From NCBI GenBank assembly GCA_047971205.1, contig JBKDZK010000314.1, positions 1-44,109 of the forward strand: a stretch of 44,109 nt of DNA. The letters run 5' to 3'. Under the pieces are notes generated by a model. The model was not told the DNA's origin. It did no database searches and saw nothing but the letters and a program-made list of their open reading frames with translations. Both the position numbers and the translations under genes were made by a program. The stretch is from Draconibacterium sp. (lineage in GTDB: Bacteria; Bacteroidota; Bacteroidia; Bacteroidales; Prolixibacteraceae). Shown piece after piece: positions 1 to 9,451 of the stretch. Numbering within the stretch: the first letter of the stretch is position 1; each line of letters opens with the position of its first letter.

Positions 1-1
1 C

Positions 2-1045
2 GACGGGACACTGAATGTGTCACGCATCGCGCATTTGGTTGATCAGATTGCTTTTCTGCACAAAAACGGAGTGGAGGTTGTGTTGGTGTCTTCCGGGGCG
101 GTGGCTGCCGGATGCGCCGTAATGCAGCCTTGCAAAAAAACAGACGCCGTATCGCAACGCCAGTTGTGGGCCGCCCTGGGACAGGTGAAACTGATCTCAC
201 GTTATTCTGATTTTTTTCAGGAAGACGGCCTGGTTTGTGCCCAGGTGCTTACTACCAAAGAGAATTTTTCGAGTCGCGGGCATTACCTGAACATGAAAAA
301 CTGTTTCAGCACTTTGCTTGAGAACAAGGTGATCCCGATCGTAAACGAGAACGATACAATTTCGGTTACCGAACTGATGTTTACCGACAACGATGAGCTT
401 TCGGGACTGATCGCCTCAATGGTGGATTCCGAAGCCCTGATCATCCTGAGTAACATCGATGGAGTTTACAATGCCCACCCCAAAAGTGAGGATGCAAAAC
501 TGATCGAACGAATTGAAATTACAGACAACGAAGCTCAAAACGCGATTTCTTCCGAACGTTCGAATTTTGGCCGCGGCGGAATGCTGACAAAATTCAGAAT
601 AGCCAAAAAAGTGGCCGGCGACGGAATTGGAGTACACGTGGCCAACGGCACCCGCGATAATGTACTGATTGATCTACTGGACGTTCAGCAATCGTTAAAA
701 CACACTTTTTTTGTACCCAACGAAAAACCATCAAGCGGCGTAAAAAAGTGGATCGCTTATTCGGATGGTTTTGCAAAAGGACAGATTGTAGTAAATGCAG
801 GTGCGGTGAACGCGCTGAATTCGGAAAAGGCAGTTAGCCTGTTGCCGGTGGGCGTGGTGCGCATTGATACTGAATTTAAAAAAGGCGACCTGATCAAAAT
901 TCTTGACGAGAAAGGAGAAACGGTGGGACTTGGGAAGGCCGCTTACCATTCAGATAAATTGGACAAGGAAAAACTGTCGGAGAAACAACGGCCGGTAGTT
1001 CATTACGATTATTTGTACCTCGAAAACAAGAACGGGGCAAGTTAA
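2..1045 (+). CDS. proB: Glutamate 5-kinase (5' part lies outside the window)
   Basis: VSSGAVAAG, IPIVNEND, DNDELS and GGMLTK motifs, plus a C-terminal PUA-like domain. The frame is open to the left edge (DGTLNVSRI...). Confidence 0.95.
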   Translation, partial: DGTLNVSRIAHLVDQIAFLHKNGVEVVLVSSGAVAAGCAVMQPCKKTDAVSQRQLWAALGQVKLISRYSDFFQEDGLVCAQVLTTKENFSSRGHYLNMKNCFSTLLENKVIPIVNENDTISVTELMFTDNDELSGLIASMVDSEALIILSNIDGVYNAHPKSEDAKLIERIEITDNEAQNAISSERSNFGRGGMLTKFRIAKKVAGDGIGVHVANGTRDNVLIDLLDVQQSLKHTFFVPNEKPSSGVKKWIAYSDGFAKGQIVVNAGAVNALNSEKAVSLLPVGVVRIDTEFKKGDLIKILDEKGETVGLGKAAYHSDKLDKEKLSEKQRPVVHYDYLYLENKNGAS

Positions 1046-1172
1046 AACTGAATTATAAAAGGACAGATTATATGTAAAAACAGCTCAGGGTAACTTTCAA
1101 CAAAAGCCGGTTCAACGGCAATCATTCATTCTCCCTTTTTTTGATGCCCTAATTGATAACGTATTCTGAGCT

Positions 1173-1196
1173 CCCTCTCCCTCCCCCGGGAGAGGG
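1173..1196. repeat. REP-like palindrome CCCTCTCCC-N6-GGGAGAGGG
   Basis: Perfect 9-bp GC-rich inverted repeat in the proB-proA spacer. Confidence 0.6.
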
Positions 1197-1240
1197 TTAT
1201 TTCGAAACCAGTGCTTTTTAAAGCCATAATAAATAAAGAA

Positions 1241-2491
1241 ATGAAGATCGAACAACAACTGAAGAAAGTCCTTGAAGCATCGCGTCAGCTCAATCTGGTT
1301 GAGAACGATCGCGTGAAGGAAGTGTTGCTGGAAGTAGCCGCTCAGGCCCGGGCAAATACCGCTTATATTCTGGAAGAAAACCAGAAAGACCTAAGCAGGA
1401 TGGACCCGGAAGATCCCAAATACGATCGCCTGAAACTTACGAAGGACAGAATTGAAGGAATCGCCTCCGACATGGAGAACGTGGCTTTGCTGGATAGCCC
1501 GGTTGGAATAACACTGAAAGAATTAGATCGTCCGAATGGGTTGAAAATCAAAAAAGTGACGGTTCCCTTTGGGGTGATCGGTATTATTTATGAAGCACGT
1601 CCGAATGTAACCTTCGATGTGTTTGCGCTTTGCCTGAAGTCAGGTAATGCCTGTGTGCTGAAAGGCGGAAGCGATGCCATTGATTCGAACCAGGCCATTG
1701 TTTCGATCATTCAGGATGTTTTAAAGAAATTCGGATTAAACGAAAATACAGTTGCTTTGCTGCCGGCGGGCCGCGAAGAAACCAAGGAAATGTTACGTGC
1801 GCATGGTTACATCGACCTGATCATTCCGCGGGGAAGCCAGGGACTGATCAATTTTGTGCGCGAAAATGCCACCATACCGGTAATTGAAACCGGGGCCGGA
1901 ATTTGCCATACCTATTTTGATGAGTTTGGAGATGCTGAAAAGGGCCGCGAAATTATTTTCAATGCAAAAACACGGCGGCCGTCGGTTTGTAATGCCCTGG
2001 ATTGTTTGGTGATTCATGAAAGCAGGTTGAATGAACTCCCGGCTTTTGGTGCAAAGTTGCTTGAAGAGAAAGTGGTGATTTATGCCGATGAGCGCTCATA
2101 CGAAGTACTGAAAGGAAAGTATCCGCAGGATTTGCTTTTTCAGGCTACTCCCGAAAGTTATGGTACGGAGTTCCTGTCGCTGAAAATGTCGGTAAAAACC
2201 GTGGATAGTTTTGACGAGGCCGTTTCGCATATCAGTCAGTACAGCTCAAAACACAGCGAAGCCATTGTAAGCGAAAACGCTGAACGTATAGGCACTTTCC
2301 GAAAACTGGTGGATGCCTCGGCTGTGTATTCCAACGCATCCACTGCTTACACCGACGGAGCTCAGTTTGGGCTGGGGGCAGAGATCGGAATCAGCACGCA
2401 AAAGCTGCACGCACGGGGCCCGATGGCTCTGGAAGAATTAACCAGTTATAAATGGATTGTTGAAGGAAACGGGCAGGTAAGGCCCACTTAG
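1241..2491 (+). CDS. proA: Gamma-glutamyl phosphate reductase
   Basis: [21 protein letters not shown] and [17 protein letters not shown] motifs. ATG 1241 follows an A-rich tract and is preferred over GTG 1211. Confidence 0.96.
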   Translation: MKIEQQLKKVLEASRQLNLVENDRVKEVLLEVAAQARANTAYILEENQKDLSRMDPEDPKYDRLKLTKDRIEGIASDMENVALLDSPVGITLKELDRPNGLKIKKVTVPFGVIGIIYEARPNVTFDVFALCLKSGNACVLKGGSDAIDSNQAIVSIIQDVLKKFGLNENTVALLPAGREETKEMLRAHGYIDLIIPRGSQGLINFVRENATIPVIETGAGICHTYFDEFGDAEKGREIIFNAKTRRPSVCNALDCLVIHESRLNELPAFGAKLLEEKVVIYADERSYEVLKGKYPQDLLFQATPESYGTEFLSLKMSVKTVDSFDEAVSHISQYSSKHSEAIVSENAERIGTFRKLVDASAVYSNASTAYTDGAQFGLGAEIGISTQKLHARGPMALEELTSYKWIVEGNGQVRPT

Positions 2492-2521
2492 TTGTAAATA
2501 ATTTCGTAGTAAAAGTTAAGT

Positions 2522-2758
2522 ATGAGCACATTAGAAATACGACACAATATTGTTGAACAGCTGTTGAGGATTGAAGATGAATCGTTTTTGTCAGCTATAA
2601 AAACAATTTTGGAAAACAAAACTATGGAAGATAAACGCCAGCTGAACGATTACCAAAAGGAACGGATTAAGGTGGCGAGAGAACAGCTGAGGTTAAACCG
2701 GACAATTTCGCACTACGAACTGCAAAAGGAGGTTGGAAAATGGCTGCAAGGGAAATAA
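2522..2758 (+). CDS. Putative type II antitoxin (addiction module component)
   Basis: 78-aa ORF overlapping a downstream ParE/RelE-like ORF, with a typical C-terminal 'TISHYELQKEVGKWL' segment. Confidence 0.7.
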   Translation: MSTLEIRHNIVEQLLRIEDESFLSAIKTILENKTMEDKRQLNDYQKERIKVAREQLRLNRTISHYELQKEVGKWLQGK

Positions 2759-3033
2759 TCTGGTCGAGAGAGGCGAAAGTAGATTTGTATACCATTCTCG
2801 ATTATTACAAAAAGAAAGGTTCAGCCGGATACGGTAATGAATTGAATTCCCGGGTTAATAAAAGCCTGCACAAGATTGCGAAGCATCCTTTAAAGGGAAA
2901 TGAAACAGCATTGCCTTCAGTTCGTACTATGAATTCGGAGGACTGTCAGATTATTTATGAAATATTTGACAAGCAGATACTGGTGGTCATGTTATGTGAT
3001 CATTGCCGGAACAATAATGAAAACTGTTGGTAA
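2740..3033 (+). CDS. RelE/ParE-family toxin
   Basis: N-terminal 'IIWSREAKVDLYTILDYY', 'IAKHPLKG' and 'IIYEI..ILVV' pattern; 97 aa; overlaps the antitoxin-like ORF. Confidence 0.75.
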   Translation: MAAREIIWSREAKVDLYTILDYYKKKGSAGYGNELNSRVNKSLHKIAKHPLKGNETALPSVRTMNSEDCQIIYEIFDKQILVVMLCDHCRNNNENCW

Positions 3034-3128
3034 ACAGCAGTAGAAATAGAAAATAAAGACCAAATCATAAGATAGGTAAACACCGTGATTTTAAGTGTTT
3101 CCTCAAAAAACAAAACAATTTTAAGCAC

Positions 3129-4073
3129 GTGAAAAAGTTCATCTCTGTAAAAGACCTGCCCAGCATTGAGAAAGCGATTGAAACCGCATTTGAAGTCAAG
3201 AAAAACCCATACGGATTTCAACACCTTGGGAAAAATAAAACCATGGTGTTGGTGTTCTTTAATTCCAGTTTACGTACGCGTTTAAGTACACAAAAAGCGG
3301 CCATGAACATGGGAATGAATACCATGGTGCTGAATGTTACCGAAGACAGCTGGCAGCTGGAGTCGGAAATGGGAGTTGTAATGGACGGTAAAAATGCGGA
3401 ACATTTACGCGAGGCGATTCCGGTAATCGGAAAATATTGCGATGTGATTGGAGTAAGGGCTTTTGCGAAGTTCGAAGATAAAGAGGCCGATTATTCGGAG
3501 CGGATCCTGACCCAGTTTGTTGATTATGCAGGAGTTCCGGTGGTTAGCATGGAAGGTGCTACCCGTCATCCGCTGCAAAGTTATGCCGACCTGGTGACCA
3601 TTGAAGAGTACAAAAAAGTGGATCGCCCCAAAGTGGTGCTAACCTGGGCGCCGCATCCGCGGGCATTGCCGCAGGCGGTAGCCAACTCGTTTGTGGAATG
3701 GATGCGCGAAACCGACTACGAACTGGTAGTGACCCATCCCGAAGGTTACGAATTGGCCCCCGAGTTTATGGGAGATGTAAAAGTGGAATACGATCAGAAA
3801 AAAGCCTTCGAGGGGGCCGATTTTGTGTATGCCAAAAACTGGGCGTCGTATACGCATTACGGGCAGATTCTTTCAAAAGACTTTGGCTGGACCGTTGATG
3901 AGGCCAAAATGGCATTAACCAACGAAGCGAAATTTATGCACTGTTTGCCAGTGCGTCGCAATGTGGTGGTAACCGACGGAGTAATTGACAGCCCCAATTC
4001 TATTGTAGTGGAAGAAGCCTACAACCGCCAGGTAACGGCGCAGGCAGTTTTAAAAATGATTTTGGAAGGATAA
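3129..4073 (+). CDS. argF: N-acyl-ornithine carbamoyltransferase (ArgF' type, probably N-succinylornithine-specific)
   Basis: NSSLRT, HPLQ, TWAPHP..LPQAV and FMHCLPVRRN motifs of the AOTCase/SOTCase subfamily. GTG start. Confidence 0.92.
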   Translation: MKKFISVKDLPSIEKAIETAFEVKKNPYGFQHLGKNKTMVLVFFNSSLRTRLSTQKAAMNMGMNTMVLNVTEDSWQLESEMGVVMDGKNAEHLREAIPVIGKYCDVIGVRAFAKFEDKEADYSERILTQFVDYAGVPVVSMEGATRHPLQSYADLVTIEEYKKVDRPKVVLTWAPHPRALPQAVANSFVEWMRETDYELVVTHPEGYELAPEFMGDVKVEYDQKKAFEGADFVYAKNWASYTHYGQILSKDFGWTVDEAKMALTNEAKFMHCLPVRRNVVVTDGVIDSPNSIVVEEAYNRQVTAQAVLKMILEG

Positions 4074-4084
4074 ACCGGATGTTG

Positions 4085-4092
4085 TAGATTTG
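4085..4092 (+). promoter_or_regulatory. Bacteroidota -7 promoter element for the second TA module
   Basis: TAGATTTG matches TAnnTTTG, 16 nt before ATG 4109. Confidence 0.55.
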
Positions 4093-4108
4093 TAGAATAA
4101 TAAAAAGA

Positions 4109-4324
4109 ATGAAGTCCATTACGATTGAAATATCAGACAAAGTGTACGATGCTTTTCGCGACCTACTGCGGCGTTTGCCAAAGGGAAGCTTTCGTATTTA
4201 TGATGAAGATCCGGATGGACTCTCCGCCGAAGAGGAAAAAGCCTGGTATGCTGTACAGGATAAATTAGAGAAAAAAGACCTCTCTGATTTTGAAGACTGG
4301 GATGACGTGAAAGACACCCTTTGA
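4109..4324 (+). CDS. Putative acidic antitoxin
   Basis: 71 aa with an acidic C-terminus (DFEDWDDVKDTL). Its TGA overlaps the ATG of the RelE-like gene (TGATG). Confidence 0.7.
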   Translation: MKSITIEISDKVYDAFRDLLRRLPKGSFRIYDEDPDGLSAEEEKAWYAVQDKLEKKDLSDFEDWDDVKDTL

Positions 4325-4592
4325 TGTACACCATTAAAATCCATAAAAAGGCAGTAAAATTCTGAAATCACGAACTCCACCCGAGAAAAAAATTATCAGA
4401 GAAAAACTGGAGTATTTGAAGGAAAATCCTTTTGCTCATCCACAACTGGATATTAAGAAGATGAAAGGAGAAGAGAGTCTTATACGTCTTCGAATTGGGA
4501 GAATAAGGATCTTGTATAAAATAGTTGAAGGAGAATTGCTGATTTTAGTGATATCGGCTGGAGCAAGAGGTGACGTTTATAAAAAGAAATGA
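4324..4592 (+). pseudogene. RelE-family toxin, frameshifted (not in the ORF track)
   Basis: ATG 4324 reads MYTIKIHKKAVKF-stop. The -1 frame continues [80 protein letters not shown]. The span is 269 nt, one base short of 90 codons. Confidence 0.85.
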
Positions 4593-5323
4593 TGGATAAA
4601 AAAATAGAAATCATCCCGGCCATTGATCTGATAGAAGGGAAATGTGTGCGGCTTTCGCAGGGAGATTACAACCAGAAAACGGTGTACAACGAAAACCCCC
4701 TGGAGGTGGCGCAGATGTTTGAAGACGCCGGTATTTCGCGTTTGCACCTGGTAGACCTCGATGGGGCAAAAGCGCAGCATATTGTGAACTACAAGGTGCT
4801 GGAAACCATTGCCGCCAAAACAAACATGGTAATCGACTTTGGTGGAGGATTAAAAGCCGATAAAGACCTGGAGATTGCCTTTAACTCGGGTGCTTCAATG
4901 GTTACCGGTGGAAGTATTGCCGTAAAGCAGAAAGAGACATTTTTGATCTGGCTGGAAAAATACGGCAGCGAAAAAATTATCCTGGGAGCCGATGCAAAAG
5001 ATGGAAAAATAGCAGTAAGTGGCTGGCTGGAGTCAACCGAACTTCCGGTTGTCGGGTTTATAAAAGAGTACCATGAGCAGGGGATTTCAAAAGTAATTTC
5101 GACCGATATCAGTCGCGACGGAATGTTGAGCGGGCCGGCTTTTGACCTTTATGAACAGATAATGACGGAGCTTCCCAAAGTTGAAATTATAGCCAGCGGG
5201 GGCATTGCTTCCATGGACGATATATTAAAATTGGATGAAATGGGCGTGCCGGGTGTGATAACCGGTAAGGCAATCTACGAGAATCGGATAACTTTGAAGG
5301 AAATAGAACGGTTTATACTTTAA
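4589..5323 (+). CDS. hisA: ProFAR isomerase HisA
   Basis: [36 protein letters not shown] and IIASGG motifs. Confidence 0.96.
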   Translation: MMDKKIEIIPAIDLIEGKCVRLSQGDYNQKTVYNENPLEVAQMFEDAGISRLHLVDLDGAKAQHIVNYKVLETIAAKTNMVIDFGGGLKADKDLEIAFNSGASMVTGGSIAVKQKETFLIWLEKYGSEKIILGADAKDGKIAVSGWLESTELPVVGFIKEYHEQGISKVISTDISRDGMLSGPAFDLYEQIMTELPKVEIIASGGIASMDDILKLDEMGVPGVITGKAIYENRITLKEIERFIL

Positions 5324-5352
5324 ACTCTGAACCTTCTACTTTGAACTTAAGT

Positions 5353-6108
5353 ATGCTGGCAAAAAGAATCATACCATGTCTGGACATCCGTAACGGGCAA
5401 ACCGTTAAAGGAGTCAATTTTGTGAATATTCAGGAGGTGGGCGACCCCGTGGAGTTGGGAGCAAAATACGCTGCCGAAGGCGCCGATGAATTGTGTTTTC
5501 TGGATATTACAGCCACGCACGAAGGTCGAAAAACTTTTGTGGAACTGGTAAAACGCATTGCAGCACATTTGAATATCCCGTTTACCGTTGGGGGAGGAAT
5601 CAGCGAACTTGCGGATGCCGAAAAATTGCTAAGTGCTGGGGCCGATAAAATTTCCATCAACTCGTCAGCTGTGCGTAATCCGAAACTGATCGACGAGCTG
5701 GCTTTGAATTTTGGAAGCCAGTTTGTGGTGGTAGCAATCGATGCACGGGGCGACGAGAACGACCACTGGACGGTTACTGTGAACGGCGGTCGTATTCCAA
5801 CCGACAAGGAGCTTTTTTCGTGGGCCAAAGAGGCTGAAGACCGCGGGGCAGGAGAGATACTGTTCACCTCGATGAACCACGACGGAACCAAAAATGGTTT
5901 TGCCAATCAGCAGCTTTCGCGCATGGCCGACATGTTGAAAATACCGATTATTGCATCGGGTGGAGCAGGTAAAAAAGAGCATTTCGTGGATGTTTTTACC
6001 GAAGGGAAAGCGGATGCCGGCTTGGCGGCCAGTATTTTTCACTACAACGAGATACCGATCCCGGTACTTAAAAAGTATTTAAAAGAAAAAGGAATTGTGG
6101 TTCGTTAG
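5353..6108 (+). CDS. hisF: Imidazole glycerol phosphate synthase cyclase subunit
   Basis: [31 protein letters not shown] and AASIFH motifs. ATG at 5353. Confidence 0.97.
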   Translation: MLAKRIIPCLDIRNGQTVKGVNFVNIQEVGDPVELGAKYAAEGADELCFLDITATHEGRKTFVELVKRIAAHLNIPFTVGGGISELADAEKLLSAGADKISINSSAVRNPKLIDELALNFGSQFVVVAIDARGDENDHWTVTVNGGRIPTDKELFSWAKEAEDRGAGEILFTSMNHDGTKNGFANQQLSRMADMLKIPIIASGGAGKKEHFVDVFTEGKADAGLAASIFHYNEIPIPVLKKYLKEKGIVVR

Positions 6109-6144
6109 GCTTACGATGCTTAACTTCGCAGTAAATATGAATCA

Positions 6145-6762
6145 ATGAAGACGTTAACAGCAGTATCAGCTATCGATTTTAATAAAATGGACGGACTTAT
6201 TCCGGCCATCATTCAGGATGCCGAAACCCAAAAAGTACTTATGCTGGGTTTTATGAATGAAGAAGCCCTTTCAAAAACAATGGGAATTGGGAAAGTGACT
6301 TTTTTTAGCCGTACCAAAAATCGTTTGTGGACCAAAGGAGAAGAATCGGGAAACTTTCTGAAGGTGGTTTCCATTGCAATAGATTGCGATAACGATACCT
6401 TGCTGATAAAGGTAGACCCTGTTGGCCCGGTTTGCCATACCGGCGCTGATACTTGTTTTGAAGAAACCAACACCGGAAACGATATTCAGTTTTTAAGCTA
6501 TCTCCAGGATTTTATCGATAAACGCAAGGCCGAAATGCCCGAAGGTTCTTACACCACTTCCTTGTTTCAGAAAGGAACGCGGAAAATTACCCAGAAAGTA
6601 GGGGAGGAAGCGGTGGAAACCATCATCGGAGCCATGGCCAACGACGATGAAAACTTTATTTACGAGGCAGGAGACCTGCTCTATCACCTGATTGTTCTGC
6701 TTACCCACAAAGGATACCGGATCGAAGATATTGTAAGAGAGTTGAAAAAGAGGCATAAATAG
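6145..6762 (+). CDS. hisIE: Bifunctional PR-AMP cyclohydrolase / PR-ATP pyrophosphatase
   Basis: LWTKGEESGN, DCDND, CHTG..TCF, SYTTSL, QKVGEEAVE and DLLYHL motifs. Confidence 0.96.
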   Translation: MKTLTAVSAIDFNKMDGLIPAIIQDAETQKVLMLGFMNEEALSKTMGIGKVTFFSRTKNRLWTKGEESGNFLKVVSIAIDCDNDTLLIKVDPVGPVCHTGADTCFEETNTGNDIQFLSYLQDFIDKRKAEMPEGSYTTSLFQKGTRKITQKVGEEAVETIIGAMANDDENFIYEAGDLLYHLIVLLTHKGYRIEDIVRELKKRHK

Positions 6763-6841
6763 GACTGAGGTAACTCTGTCTTTTTATCGGCATTTTTTCT
6801 GTTTATTTTTAGTACCATATGTTCAAATGAAGATGTTGCGT

Positions 6842-6863
6842 AACTATGTTGCGCAACATAGTT
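6842..6863. promoter_or_regulatory. Perfect 22-bp palindrome, candidate operator
   Basis: AACTATGTTGCGCAACATAGTT is its own reverse complement and lies about 90 bp upstream of ATG 6956. Confidence 0.5.
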
Positions 6864-6955
6864 GCAAAACATTGAAAATAAAGGTTTTGTGATTTGATGT
6901 AATTGTTTTGTAGTCCGTAGCTTTGTTATATCTACTAACTACAAAATAACTTTTT

Positions 6956-7460
6956 ATGGAAATTCTAACCGTTTGCCCAACCAGTACGGCCACGATTTTA
7001 GCGTGTCAGAGAATTGCCCGAACCTTCAGAGAGAACATTTACGAACTAAGCATTTTGCGAAAAGAATGGGATCCTGAATATGCCACTTCGCTGAATATTT
7101 GGATAGATGATACGATCGACAAGCACTATTCAGATAGTCTGGATTCTATTCAGCCTTTATAAATTTCTGGAAACCTTTGCCGGCAATCTTGATGAAGACG
7201 CACGGCAGCGAATTACGGATAAGGGTACCATGGATTCATTATTTGATAAAATCCTGGTTTGTGCGGGGCGTGTGGATGAGTGCGAGGATTGTTTCAAGGC
7301 GCTCGAGAGCGATGCAGAGCTCAATAAATACGGCAGAATGGAGGTTTCAAGTATCTATTCCGTGATTCAGGATATCTGCCGGATAGCCATTGCGTATTAT
7401 CAGTTTGATCCGGATAAACGCTGTAAATTCACGTATTATAAAGTGTTGGTGAACTTGTAG
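6956..7460 (+). pseudogene. Hypothetical protein split over two frames (probable frameshift or deletion near 7150)
   Basis: Overlapping ORFs 6956-7162 and 7107-7460 in different frames. The protein-like sequence switches from '...DSLDSI' to 'SLYKFLETF...'. Only the first ORF has a typical A/T-rich start context. Confidence 0.55.
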
Positions 7461-7486
7461 AAGCTTTTGGGGCTTTGCGGCAACAT

Positions 7487-7522
7487 AAAAAAAGCCGCGA
7501 TACTGATAAACAGTCGCGGCTT
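7487..7522 (-). terminator. Intrinsic terminator downstream of queA
   Basis: AAGCCGCGA...TCGCGGCTT stem with an A7 tract on the left (U tract on the minus strand). Confidence 0.75.
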
Positions 7523-7544
7523 GTATATTTTCCGGCAATGTTAA

Positions 7545-8594
7545 TTAGATAATCAGCATTGCGTCGCCGTAAGTTCCAAAGCGGTAGCCTTCTTTTGTTG
7601 CTGCTTTATAAGCATCCATAACAAAATCATAGCCCCCAAATGCAGCCACCATCATCAACAAAGTTGAATAAGGAAGATGAAAGTTGGTTATCATAGAGTT
7701 TGCCACACTAAACTCATAAGGCGGGAAAATAAATTTATTGGTCCAGCCTTCGTAAGGTTTTAAATGGCTTTGTGTAGAAACAGAACTCTCCAGCGTACGC
7801 ATTACAGTAGTCCCAACGGCACAAACATTTCGCTTGTTTTCCTTCGCATTGTTTACCACGTCGCAGGCTTCCTGGCGAATCCAAATCTGTTCTGAATCCA
7901 TTTTGTGCTTGGTAAGGTCTTCCACGTCCACGCTACGGAAGTTACCCAGTCCGACATGCAGTGTTACGTAGGCAAAATCAATTCCTTTAATCTCCAAACG
8001 TTTCATCAGCTCGCGGCTAAAGTGCAGTCCGGCAGTTGGGGCAGCTACAGCGCCTTCGTGCTTGGCAAAAATCGTTTGGTACCTGTCTTTATCTTCGGGT
8101 TGAACCTGGCGGTTAATTACTTTTGGGAGCGGCGTTTCTCCCAAACTATAAAGTGTTTTCTTGAACTCGTCGTACGGACCGTCGAACAGGAAACGAAGTG
8201 TACGTCCGCGCGATGTTGTATTGTCTATCACCTCGGCCACCAGCAGATCGTCGTCGCCAAAGTACAGCTTGTTGCCGATACGGATTTTCCGGGCAGGATC
8301 AACCAACACGTCCCAAAGGCGTTGTTCGCGGTTGAGTTCGCGCAGTAAAAATACTTCGATTTCGGCACCGGTTTTTTCCTTGTTCCCATACAAACGAGCA
8401 GGGAAAACTTTGGTGTCGTTGAAAATCATTACATCTTGATCATCAAAATAGTCAAGCACATCTTTGAACAAGCGATGTTCGATGGTCCGGGTAGCCCTGT
8501 TCAAAACCATCAGTTTCGACTCATCTCGATTGTCGGCCGGATGTAAGGCAATTCTTTCTGGATTTAACTCATACTTGAATTTTGATAACTTCAT
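7545..8594 (-). CDS. queA: S-adenosylmethionine:tRNA ribosyltransferase-isomerase
   Basis: [37 protein letters not shown] and [12 protein letters not shown] motifs. Confidence 0.97.
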   Translation of the reverse strand: MKLSKFKYELNPERIALHPADNRDESKLMVLNRATRTIEHRLFKDVLDYFDDQDVMIFNDTKVFPARLYGNKEKTGAEIEVFLLRELNREQRLWDVLVDPARKIRIGNKLYFGDDDLLVAEVIDNTTSRGRTLRFLFDGPYDEFKKTLYSLGETPLPKVINRQVQPEDKDRYQTIFAKHEGAVAAPTAGLHFSRELMKRLEIKGIDFAYVTLHVGLGNFRSVDVEDLTKHKMDSEQIWIRQEACDVVNNAKENKRNVCAVGTTVMRTLESSVSTQSHLKPYEGWTNKFIFPPYEFSVANSMITNFHLPYSTLLMMVAAFGGYDFVMDAYKAATKEGYRFGTYGDAMLII

Positions 8595-8691
8595 ATGCTT
8601 CTCTTTTTAAGTAATTCTTTTTTAAGTGATTGACAAAAATAGTACAGATAATTGGTTTTTTTATTCAGAGTTCCGTTATACGGCTGAAATT

Positions 8692-9405
8692 TCATTTTGA
8701 TTCATCTAAAGTTAAATTTTCCAGAAAAAAATTTACATTAAACGCATCATCCAATCCAAAACTGCCTATTCTTGTCCGTGCCAGGGCAGTTAAATAAGCC
8801 CCGCAATTTAATTCTTTTCCTATGTCACGCGCCAGAGACCTGATGTAAGTCCCTTTGCCGCAAGTAGCCCTTAGTTTTATATAGGGTAAATCAAACTGCT
8901 CTGTTTTGATCTCTTTAATAACAATTTTTTTGGGTTGAAGTTCTATCTCCTTTCCACTTCGGGCATAATCAAAAGCCCTCTTCCCCTTTACTTTAACTGC
9001 TGAAAAGATGGGTGGAACCTGATCGATCTCGCCAATAAATGTCTTTAAAACTTCATCCAGCATTTCAGGAGTTACATGGCTATAGTCGGCTGAGCTGTCT
9101 TCTTCGGTTTCCAAATCAAACGAAGGAGTTGTGGCGCCTAATTTCAATGTAGCCAGGTATTCTTTTTCCTGGTATTGAATTTCCTCTATTTTTTTGGTGG
9201 CTTTCCCGGTACATAAAATCATTAGCCCGGTAGCCAGCGGATCGAGTGTTCCGGCGTGCCCTACTTTTAGCTTTTTAATGCCCAGTTTCCGGCAAAGTTC
9301 ATAACGGACCTTGTTTACCAGATCAAACGAAGTCCATTTCAAATCTTTGTCAAACAATAAAATCTCTCCGGCAGGGAAGTCATATTTGTTTTTAAATTCG
9401 GGCAT
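8692..9405 (-). CDS. truB: tRNA pseudouridine(55) synthase
   Basis: KVGHAGTLDPLATG, QVPPIFSAVKV.G and CGKGTYIRSLARD motifs. Confidence 0.96.
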   Translation of the reverse strand: MPEFKNKYDFPAGEILLFDKDLKWTSFDLVNKVRYELCRKLGIKKLKVGHAGTLDPLATGLMILCTGKATKKIEEIQYQEKEYLATLKLGATTPSFDLETEEDSSADYSHVTPEMLDEVLKTFIGEIDQVPPIFSAVKVKGKRAFDYARSGKEIELQPKKIVIKEIKTEQFDLPYIKLRATCGKGTYIRSLARDIGKELNCGAYLTALARTRIGSFGLDDAFNVNFFLENLTLDESK

Positions 9406-9451
9406 ACGTAATTCTCTGAATTTCAGAGCATTGGATTAAAGTTCTTGAAAA

